From the IMG/VR virus record IMGVR_UViG_3300037882_001770, positions 248,001 to 312,000 of that record: DNA of 64,000 nt; one strand, 5' to 3'. Shown one piece after another: positions 56,710 to 64,000 of this stretch (positions within the stretch are counted from its first letter, which is position 1; every line of letters begins with the position of its first letter). Position numbers and translations under genes: made by a program. Under the pieces are notes generated by a model that searched no databases, was not told where the DNA came from, and saw nothing but the letters and a program-made list of their open reading frames with translations.

Positions 56710-56997
56710 ATGTCGAGACCCAAGCCAAACGTATTGGTTGAACTTACAAACAAGAGCACTTACAAAACTGAGCAGGTACTAGCGTCAGAAGGTGTATGGG
56801 CAGTGTTTTATGAGTCAAAACCAATCAACCTCAAAACATCCAATTTCCTGGTACAGTATCCTGGCCCGAAGTACAAAAAGGTCAGTTTCAGTAATCCTGG
56901 GCATGCTATCAATCTGGCTCGGAAACTCAACACACAGTTCAAGACTGACCGGTTCACTGTGGTGTTGTTAAAGTCCGGCGACCAGATATACCCTTGA
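56710..56997 (+). CDS. Hypothetical phage protein
   Basis: 95 aa ORF, TAAATA 5 nt upstream. Confidence 0.7.
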   Translation: MSRPKPNVLVELTNKSTYKTEQVLASEGVWAVFYESKPINLKTSNFLVQYPGPKYKKVSFSNPGHAINLARKLNTQFKTDRFTVVLLKSGDQIYP

Positions 56998-56998
56998 T

Positions 56999-57367
56999 GT
57001 GCGAGACAAAAAGAAATTAACTGCTGCTCTAGTTGAACAACTGGATCCGGAGTTGGGTCTTAACTGTGAGCATGCTTACAACACTTGGTGGCACAATCTT
57101 CGTAACAACGGCGGCATGCGCTTGACCGCTGCAGGATATCGGGCATTTCAAGATCTGTTAAAAATTGAATACTATGTGTTTAATTTAAAACCATTTGATA
57201 TCAATTCAAAATTGATAGTGTCTATGGATCGTAAATTACAACAACCCTACTACATTGTCACTAAAAAAATGATACCCGTACAGTTGATGTTTTTTGGCAG
57301 TCGCGAAGCAATGATGGTAAATTTATATGGCGATTTAAAAAAGTTCATTGACAATTACACTCCATAG
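56999..57367 (+). CDS. Hypothetical protein
   Basis: GTG start, 122 aa. Confidence 0.6.
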   Translation: MRDKKKLTAALVEQLDPELGLNCEHAYNTWWHNLRNNGGMRLTAAGYRAFQDLLKIEYYVFNLKPFDINSKLIVSMDRKLQQPYYIVTKKMIPVQLMFFGSREAMMVNLYGDLKKFIDNYTP

Positions 57368-57376
57368 TGTTACACT
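57348..57376 (+). promoter_or_regulatory. Sigma70-like promoter
   Basis: TTGACA-N17-TACACT. Confidence 0.55.
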
Positions 57377-57424
57377 ATCAACTGCGGTATTGTTATCATG
57401 CGCCGCCACCATTTTAGGAAAAAT

Positions 57425-58609
57425 ATGTACACCGTCGAACAAAATGACAAGCTGGGTTTTTATCAATTTGGAGATAAGAAATTCCACAACAAAGTAACTG
57501 CGTTAATTGAAGGAACCAAAGCCAACCAATTTCCAGAATGGAATTTCAACAAACAAGTATTTGATCAAACCAATTGGACTGTAGAACCCCCAGCAGGACT
57601 GCAAGAGTTGTATAGACTGCGGGCACTACAGTTGCGCGAACAGTACGACTATATTAGACTAGAGTGCAGTGGTGGCGGGGATTCGGCCACTGTGGCCTAC
57701 AGTTTTATCAACAACGGAATACACCTGGACGAAGTGATCTTTAGATATCCCAAAACTGGTGAAAAGAATGCCACTGATGATCCGTTCAATACCAAACCCG
57801 AAAATACCCTCAGTGAATTTCGCTTTGCAGCCAAGCCCCTGTTGCAGTGGATTGCAGACCATAGTCCTGCTACCAAAATTGTCATACACGACTACAGTGA
57901 GGACATGCTCAAAAGCCAACACGATGAATCCTGGGTGTTTAAAACTAGAGATTATTTTCAGCCCGGGCACCCATTCAAACACACAGTAGATGCCTTGGAT
58001 GATCACAAGCGTACCTTGGATCAAGGGCGCAGGGTCTGCATGCTGTGGGGTGTTGACAAGCCCAAGATCTGCATCAAAGACAAAAAATGGTATGTGTATT
58101 TTATGGACGTGCAGGCCAATGCAGCCAATCCCGACACGGCGGGCTACAGCAACATCACCAATGAATATTTCTTCTGGACTCCGGATCTGCCCGAGCTGTT
58201 GGTCAAACAAGCACACATGATCAAGAACTGGTTTGACCTCGAAAGCAACAAGCATCTACAACACTTGGTACGCTGGCCCAACTACAGCTTTACACAACGC
58301 ACAGCCTTTGAACACATTATCAAACCGTTGATTTATCCTGACTATGATCAGACCACATTTCAAACTGCCAAACCCACCAACAGCTTTTACAACGAAATGG
58401 ATCATTGGTTTTATACCAATTTTCAAGAAACACATGCGTACCGCACATGGAAAGCTGGACTCAATTTCTTGACCAGCAATATAGATCCCAAGTATTTCAA
58501 CAATGAAATGGGACGTCCTGTGGGCTTTGTGGGCTTTATCAGTCCGTTTTATTATCTGGGTGATGCACATTTTGAAGATCCCGGTACCAATTTACACTTT
58601 AAATTTTAA
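57425..58609 (+). CDS. PP-loop adenine nucleotide alpha-hydrolase-fold protein
   Basis: IRLECSGGGDSATV (SGGxDS), WGVDKP; start after AGGA RBS. Confidence 0.7.
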   Translation: MYTVEQNDKLGFYQFGDKKFHNKVTALIEGTKANQFPEWNFNKQVFDQTNWTVEPPAGLQELYRLRALQLREQYDYIRLECSGGGDSATVAYSFINNGIHLDEVIFRYPKTGEKNATDDPFNTKPENTLSEFRFAAKPLLQWIADHSPATKIVIHDYSEDMLKSQHDESWVFKTRDYFQPGHPFKHTVDALDDHKRTLDQGRRVCMLWGVDKPKICIKDKKWYVYFMDVQANAANPDTAGYSNITNEYFFWTPDLPELLVKQAHMIKNWFDLESNKHLQHLVRWPNYSFTQRTAFEHIIKPLIYPDYDQTTFQTAKPTNSFYNEMDHWFYTNFQETHAYRTWKAGLNFLTSNIDPKYFNNEMGRPVGFVGFISPFYYLGDAHFEDPGTNLHFKF

Positions 58610-58611
58610 CA

Positions 58612-59910
58612 ATGGAGTTGTTGATCTTATTAACAGCTGGGTTAGTGACCGGCATACTGATTGGTTTGTTCCCGGTATTTCCTGTGTACGCTGGTGCATT
58701 TATTCTTTACTTGACCAGCGGCCTGTGGACTCCAGAACAGATGCTGTTGTTTTGGATTGTGGCCAGCATCGGCAGCCAATTTTTTGCCAGTGTTAGTGCT
58801 ATTACACTGGGCATACCAGGCGATGCCAGCAGTTTGGTCTATATAAAAGATGTTAAAAAATTATCACTGTTGGAACGCAATCAACTGCTGTGGTTGACCA
58901 GTCGTGGTAGTTTAATCAGCGGCATAATAAGTTTGGTCTTGGTCTGGGTGTTGTACTATGTGTACACCGCAACCGGTCAAACATTTTTGTTTTCCATTGA
59001 AGCCAAATTGCTATTACTGTATTCAGTTATATTTTTCTTTATTGTCACTAGCCAGCAAAAAATACTCACACTACTGTTAAGTATATTTGGTGTGTTGATT
59101 TCTCCGCAAAACAATTACAGTTTGCCCAGCGAATGGTTTCATTTTTCAACCTTGTTTCAAAATACCACATTCTTTATGCTGATATTGGCATTAATGATGA
59201 TTCCCGACATGCTGAATTATCGCACACTACAAATAGATAATAAAAATCAATATTCTACAATTCCGTCGCAGATGCCCTGGTGGTTGATATTAAAAAATTC
59301 CATACTGGGCTGTTTGGTAGGCTTGATCCCAGGCCCGGCTGCAGAGGTGGCTGCATCAGCTGCTTATTCGTCTACTAGAACAAAAAATACCAGTTTAAAA
59401 ATTGTAGCTGCCGAAACTGCCAATAATCCCGGGGTGGTCATGATGATCTTGCCGTTGTTGTTGTTGGGTCTGCCTTTTACTTCCAGCAGTTTGATAGTGA
59501 GCAATATCATGGACAGCAAAATGGTCGCGTTGCCCGAGCTGGCCAGATCAGCCAGCACAATTGTCACAGGATTTACTGTGTTTGATGTCATGATCATTAT
59601 GGCTGTCATGACCACAGTCATTTATTATGCACTGAGTATACAGTTTATTAATGTTTATACCCGACTGGTCAGTTCTGCATATGACAAATTTAAATGGGCA
59701 ATGATTGTGCTGGTGTTGGGTATGGTCGGCGCCGACATATACATACAAGAAATATCCTGGCTGGCCTATGCAACTCTGCTAATTTTTTATATTGCTGTAG
59801 GTCAGGTACTAAGGCACTTTCGCGTCAGCCCAGTGCCCATGATATTTGTGTATTTGTTAGGAGATCAGTTGATCTGGGCCACCGGCCAATTTTTAGCCAT
59901 ACACTTTTGA
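58612..59910 (+). CDS. TctA-like tripartite tricarboxylate transporter membrane subunit
   Basis: Multiple TM helices; ITLGIPGD, GLIPGPAA, AAETANN motifs. Confidence 0.75.
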   Translation: MELLILLTAGLVTGILIGLFPVFPVYAGAFILYLTSGLWTPEQMLLFWIVASIGSQFFASVSAITLGIPGDASSLVYIKDVKKLSLLERNQLLWLTSRGSLISGIISLVLVWVLYYVYTATGQTFLFSIEAKLLLLYSVIFFFIVTSQQKILTLLLSIFGVLISPQNNYSLPSEWFHFSTLFQNTTFFMLILALMMIPDMLNYRTLQIDNKNQYSTIPSQMPWWLILKNSILGCLVGLIPGPAAEVAASAAYSSTRTKNTSLKIVAAETANNPGVVMMILPLLLLGLPFTSSSLIVSNIMDSKMVALPELARSASTIVTGFTVFDVMIIMAVMTTVIYYALSIQFINVYTRLVSSAYDKFKWAMIVLVLGMVGADIYIQEISWLAYATLLIFYIAVGQVLRHFRVSPVPMIFVYLLGDQLIWATGQFLAIHF

Positions 59911-59913
59911 CCG

Positions 59914-59921
59914 TATAAATA
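59914..59921 (+). promoter_or_regulatory. T4-type late promoter TATAAATA
   Basis: Perfect TATAAATA 5 nt upstream of the structured element. Confidence 0.65.
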
Positions 59922-59926
59922 TTCCT

Positions 59927-60038
59927 GCAACGCCGGGTTCTTCCGACGTGGGATTTCAACAAGACGCTTGACATACGGATGTCTTTACTGTATTATTAAT
60001 ACAGAACGCCTGCCCTGAGTAGAGCTCTTCTACTAGCA
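59927..60038 (+). ncRNA. Structured leader element, copy 1 (riboswitch/cis-RNA candidate)
   Basis: Shares GCAACGCCGGG, CCGACGT, GACGCTT, TTTACT, AGAACGCC with copy 2; three stems covary. Confidence 0.7.
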
Positions 60039-60067
60039 TTAAAATTCATTAACTTAAAGGAAATTAA

Positions 60068-60898
60068 ATGAAACTTCGATTCATCGTGGCCTCTATATTG
60101 GCCGTAGCTGTATCCACCGCATCCGCTGATGTGATTGTCAACAACAGCAACAAAGCCAGTCCTGGCACAGTGGTAGCAAAAACATTTGAAACAGCAGTGG
60201 GCACCAACAAGATTGACTTCTTTCAAGCCAATACGTGTGAAGAGGCACAAGCAAAATTTCAGTCTAGTAAAAATGCAGTAATGATTTACAATGCCGACGT
60301 TGGAATTGCAGCCCTGGGCAAAGGATTAAAATGCCCACTGACAGCCAAACCAGAACAAACTGTGTTCATTGGAAAAAGCTATTTAAAAGTGTGTACCAGT
60401 GCCAAAGCGCCCAAAACACTAGAACAGGCCAAAACCATTGGCGCTGCCAGCGTTATTCTGAGCAAAGGACTTGTTGAGGACTACAACAGCAATGGATTAA
60501 ATCTCAAAGGTGTTCCCTACGGTGGCAGCGTAGGTGTATTGGGCGGACTGATCGCCGGTGACATCGATGTGGGCTTTGTGGCCAGCAGCATTGCCGATCC
60601 TGCAATCGAATCCGGACAAATCACTTGTGCATTGAGTACCGATCCGCGTCGTGCAGATTATGTGGCCAACAAGTACAAGTTAAAAGTACCGTCCATGCCC
60701 ATTGTCAAGGTATTCTACACCAACACCGACAATCCTGCATTTATTTCTGAGTTGCAAGCTGCCGTAAAGAAAGAAGAGTTTCAGGCATTTTTAGCAAAAG
60801 CCAAATACGATGATGTCAAAACTGGTAAAATTACACAAAAAGACCTTGATGCAGTGCAAAACTACATTACAGATTCGTATAACTACTACTGGAAATGA
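60068..60898 (+). CDS. Periplasmic substrate-binding protein (TctC/Bug-like)
   Basis: Signal peptide ending ASA-D; GVPYGGS...LIAGDIDVGF; follows the TctA-like gene. Confidence 0.6.
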   Translation: MKLRFIVASILAVAVSTASADVIVNNSNKASPGTVVAKTFETAVGTNKIDFFQANTCEEAQAKFQSSKNAVMIYNADVGIAALGKGLKCPLTAKPEQTVFIGKSYLKVCTSAKAPKTLEQAKTIGAASVILSKGLVEDYNSNGLNLKGVPYGGSVGVLGGLIAGDIDVGFVASSIADPAIESGQITCALSTDPRRADYVANKYKLKVPSMPIVKVFYTNTDNPAFISELQAAVKKEEFQAFLAKAKYDDVKTGKITQKDLDAVQNYITDSYNYYWK

Positions 60899-60919
60899 TC
60901 TAGGAGATAAATAAAACTA

Positions 60920-61025
60920 GCAACGCCGGGTCCCGACGTCGGAATTAACTGACGCTTACAGTAGATACTGTTTTACTAGTGTGATACACTAGAACGCCAG
61001 CCGTAGCAGAATTGTTCTGCAAGCA
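60920..61025 (+). ncRNA. Structured leader element, copy 2
   Basis: Same conserved motifs and stem positions as 59927-60038; TAAATA at 60908-60913. Confidence 0.7.
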
Positions 61026-61054
61026 ACAAATTAAATTAAACAGGAGTTCATTAA

Positions 61055-62011
61055 ATGAGCAAAACTACTAAAATCCGTTGGGTAATCGCACACGAGCCAT
61101 TGAGCCTTTTTGTACGTGCGGCGCATGATTTTGAAAAAGAAATCAACGCTCAACAAACAGCAGAAAAAATTGAAATTGAAGTAATGACACTGAGCGAATA
61201 CAGTGCCAAATATAACAACGGTGTTATGGTCACCAAACACGATTTGTTAGATTTGATGGAACAGGGCAAAATTGAAATGAGCCAAATGTACACCACTTGG
61301 TTGGCTGAACATTATGAAAATGATTTCTTGGCTTTTGAAATGCCTTACATTTTCAGCGATCACGAGCATGCTAGCCGTGTGTTGGAAGGCGAAGTTGGTG
61401 AAACACTATTGGCCAAACTCACAGACAACAGCAATGTACGTGGACTTGCTTACACATACTCAGGCGGTTTCCGTTGTTTGGGTGTAAACAAGCCAGTGAG
61501 CACCCTAGCTGATTTAACTGGTGAAAAACTACGTTCAAACCGTAACCCGGTGGGCCGTGCAGTGATCCGCACTATGAGTGGTGTTGAGCCATTTATTTGC
61601 GAAACTGAAGAAGCACGGGAACACGTTGCTCGTGGTGATTGCAACGGCAATGACACAGTTTACAGCCGTATCTATCCATTGAGCCAAAATGACGTAATTC
61701 AGTCAGTGGTAGACAGCAAGCACAGCTTGTTCCTGACCACAATGATCATTGGTGATCGCTTCTGGGACAGCCTCAGCTCAGAAGTACGTGCTGTGATCAA
61801 GACGGCTGCTATCCAAGCTGGTCGCAACGAAAGAACCACTACCATTGAAGATGGTCAGCAAGCTCGCGCTCGTTTATTAAGCGAAGGCAAGACAGTGTAT
61901 GAGCCTACCGCAGAAGAAACAGCGGCAATGAAAGCTCGCATGCAGGTAGTATATGATGAATTTGAAAATTCATTTAGCGACAATCTAATCAATCGTATTA
62001 AAACAGCCTAA
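61055..62011 (+). CDS. TRAP DctP-like substrate-binding protein without a signal peptide
   Basis: GKIEMS, FEMPYIF, GGFR, DLTGEKLRS, LFLTTMII; charged, non-hydrophobic N-terminus. Confidence 0.8.
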   Translation: MSKTTKIRWVIAHEPLSLFVRAAHDFEKEINAQQTAEKIEIEVMTLSEYSAKYNNGVMVTKHDLLDLMEQGKIEMSQMYTTWLAEHYENDFLAFEMPYIFSDHEHASRVLEGEVGETLLAKLTDNSNVRGLAYTYSGGFRCLGVNKPVSTLADLTGEKLRSNRNPVGRAVIRTMSGVEPFICETEEAREHVARGDCNGNDTVYSRIYPLSQNDVIQSVVDSKHSLFLTTMIIGDRFWDSLSSEVRAVIKTAAIQAGRNERTTTIEDGQQARARLLSEGKTVYEPTAEETAAMKARMQVVYDEFENSFSDNLINRIKTA

Positions 62012-62029
62012 TTGGCATGAAGTATCAAT

Positions 62030-62063
62030 AAAACAAGCACTGCTGGTCAGTGCTTGTTTTTTG
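62030..62063 (+). terminator. Rho-independent terminator
   Basis: AAAACAAGCACT/AGTGCTTGTTTT inverted repeat with T-run. Confidence 0.8.
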
Positions 62064-62128
62064 TCATAAATTATGGCACTGCTGGTTGCGCCATTAAATA
62101 GTAATATCATCTTTATTCTTTTTCCATT

Positions 62129-63412
62129 ATGAATTCATCTAAATCTTCTACTACACGTACAGTAGCGGCCAGCACCGTCGGCACCATTTTTGAATGGTAC
62201 GACTTTGTTATTTTTGGCTTGGCCACTGTGTTGGTTTTTAATAAACTATTTTTTCCCAATATAGATCCAGCATTGGCCTTGGTAGTTTCAATGTTGGCCT
62301 ATGCTGTGGGCATTGTGGCCAGACCCTTGGGTGGCCTAATTTACGGTGCCATCGGCGATCGCTACGGGCGCCGACGCATGTTGGTGGCCACCATGCTGAT
62401 CATGGGTGCCAGTACCTTTGCTATAGGTCTGTTGCCTACCTATAGCACCATTGGCGTATGGGCTCCTATCATGCTAATTGTGCTGCGTATTGTACAGGGC
62501 ATTGGCATCGGCGGTGAATGGGGCGGAGCCAGTGTGATGATTCAAGAATCTGCACCAGATCATCAGCGTGGCTTTTATGCCAGTTTTATACAGACCGGAC
62601 TACCTGCGGGCATGCTGATGGCATCGGGTGTGTTTGCTGCGTTGACCACTGTGTTGACCGAAGCTGAATTCCTAAGCTGGGGATGGCGTATTCCATTCTT
62701 ATTGAGTGCAGTGTTGGTGCTGATAGGCACAGCAATTCGTTATCAAATTCCAGAAACTCCGGTCTTTTTAGCCATGAAAAATGTTTCTAAGTCGCCCATA
62801 CGCGATCTTTTTGTCAAGCATCCCAAGACCTTGTTAAAAGGCATCGGTCTTAAAATAACAGAAAGTGTGTGGTTCTTTATAGTCACAGGATTTATAGTAG
62901 GCTATGCTGTTACCAATTTTGCTATACCTCGTGGAGATCTTTTAAAGATAATCATGGTCAGCAATGCCATCAGTATAGTGTGGGCCCTGGCCATGGGCTA
63001 TCTGTCAGACCAGATAGGTCGCAGAGCCATTTTCTTTTTTGGTGCGGCATTTACTGTCGTAATGCCATTTCCTATCTTTTACTTGGTCAGCACCGGAGAT
63101 TTTTATCTAATTGCAGTGGCCATGATTGCGGGGCAATGCATTGGCAGTACCACTATGTTTGCTGTGTTGAGCTCGTATCTACCTGAAATATTCCCAGCTG
63201 AAGTTCGTAGCACAGGAGCCAGCTTGAGTTTTCAAATAGGAGCAGCCATAACCGGAGGCCTGGTACCGGTATTAGCGGCCTGGGCGGTGGGTGTTTGGGG
63301 CACCAATTATGCAGTGTCCTTATTGATGATGCTGTTTGGCTTGATCACATTTGTCACTGTGCTCAATACCAAAGAAACTTATCAAACATCAATGACGCAA
63401 TTAAATGATTAA
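62129..63412 (+). CDS. MFS transporter, metabolite:H+ symporter family
   Basis: GTIFEWYDF, RPLGG...GDRYGRR, GGEWGGA, SDQIGRR, PEIFP..VRSTG. Confidence 0.92.
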   Translation: MNSSKSSTTRTVAASTVGTIFEWYDFVIFGLATVLVFNKLFFPNIDPALALVVSMLAYAVGIVARPLGGLIYGAIGDRYGRRRMLVATMLIMGASTFAIGLLPTYSTIGVWAPIMLIVLRIVQGIGIGGEWGGASVMIQESAPDHQRGFYASFIQTGLPAGMLMASGVFAALTTVLTEAEFLSWGWRIPFLLSAVLVLIGTAIRYQIPETPVFLAMKNVSKSPIRDLFVKHPKTLLKGIGLKITESVWFFIVTGFIVGYAVTNFAIPRGDLLKIIMVSNAISIVWALAMGYLSDQIGRRAIFFFGAAFTVVMPFPIFYLVSTGDFYLIAVAMIAGQCIGSTTMFAVLSSYLPEIFPAEVRSTGASLSFQIGAAITGGLVPVLAAWAVGVWGTNYAVSLLMMLFGLITFVTVLNTKETYQTSMTQLND

Positions 63413-64000
63413 TACCTTTGCAGATAAACCTGAATTCATTGGTACAGATCCTAGACAGCGTAGACCTGCCCATTGGCAATACACTGTGACCGCTGAATTA
63501 ATGACTCAGCGTCATGATGTGTTTTTTAAAAAGGCCCAGTTGGCAGGCGCCAGAGTATTGGACCTGGGATCGTGTTGTGCAGCCACTGGCGCATGGGTGT
63601 TAGATCGTGGTGCAGATCACTATACCGGAGTTGAATTACAAGAAAAATTCGTTGCCAGTGCTAGAAACAATTTACAACAGTATTATCCAGCCGATCGCTG
63701 GAGCATAGTACAAAGTGATCTAGAACAGTACATAGACCGTTGTGAACAGGAGTTTGACGTAGTGTTACTGGCCGGTGTGTTACACTGTTTGTTTGATTAT
63801 CATAAAATACTGCGCAAATTGACCAGTATTTCACAACAGATCATCATTGAATGTTTCCACCCGTATAATGGTCTTCGAGATCTTTATCCAGAACTTGACA
63901 ATGATCAGCGTTATGCATTGTGTCAGCAGTTGAGTCTGGCCCAGATAGCGGCTGAAACCGGCACCGCAGGTGAAAATGGTGGCAGTTGGGTATTTGACGG
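63405..64000 (+). CDS. Class I SAM-dependent methyltransferase, 3' truncated (missing from ORF track)
   Basis: My translation from ATG 63405: VLDLGSCCAATG, TGVE, FDVVLLAGVLH; open to the window end. Confidence 0.8.
   Translation, partial: MINTFADKPEFIGTDPRQRRPAHWQYTVTAELMTQRHDVFFKKAQLAGARVLDLGSCCAATGAWVLDRGADHYTGVELQEKFVASARNNLQQYYPADRWSIVQSDLEQYIDRCEQEFDVVLLAGVLHCLFDYHKILRKLTSISQQIIIECFHPYNGLRDLYPELDNDQRYALCQQLSLAQIAAETGTAGENGGSWVFD

Noticed and set aside
57425-58609. PP-loop protein as the missing QueC
   Set aside because: About 395 aa, lacks the QueC C-terminal Cys4 zinc motif and lies outside the que cluster; kept only as an orphan PP-loop enzyme.
59927-61025. Twin elements as leader-peptide ORFs or simple terminators
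   Set aside because: No plausible leader ORF in either copy and no U-tract after the last stem; conserved loops with covarying stems fit a structured RNA better.
1-64000. Stop-codon reassignment
   Set aside because: Conserved genes (polB, clpA, folE, queE) are full length in the standard code, and TAA, TGA and TAG all end genes at sensible positions.
1-64000. tRNA genes, CRISPR arrays, transposases, introns or inteins
   Set aside because: No cloverleaf with T-loop consensus, no regularly spaced repeats, no transposase motifs; polB has no obvious insertion.

Overview
This 64 kb window is part of a large T4-like/jumbo tailed phage genome, probably from a Gram-negative host (spanins, sigma70-type promoters, recurring TAAATA late-promoter motif). 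Almost every gene is on the + strand; phoH is the only clear exception. In order: (1) nucleotide/auxiliary genes; (2) a lysis cassette with GH19 endolysin, Rz with embedded Rz1, and holin; (3) DnaJ and ClpA; (4) a ~13 kb late block (14.2-27.2 kb) of modular proteins, five starting with a T4 capsid-targeting-like motif (MRxxEFxxE), carrying nucleotidyltransferase, zincin, amidoligase, ParB, GNAT, Dps and deaminase domains; (5) a replication core with family B polymerase and a probable clamp; (6) a 7-deazaguanine DNA-modification pathway (TGT/DpdA-like, DpdL-like, FolE, QueD, QueE, no QueC in the window) interleaved with glycosyltransferases and a nucleotide-sugar cluster; (7) RNase H and a MazG-like enzyme; (8) a transporter island. 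In that island a ~110 nt non-coding element occurs twice with compensatory base-pair changes, a strong candidate for an unrecognised structured cis-regulatory RNA. I saw no tRNA, rRNA, CRISPR array or transposase. All functional calls come from motif reading only; no database searches were run.
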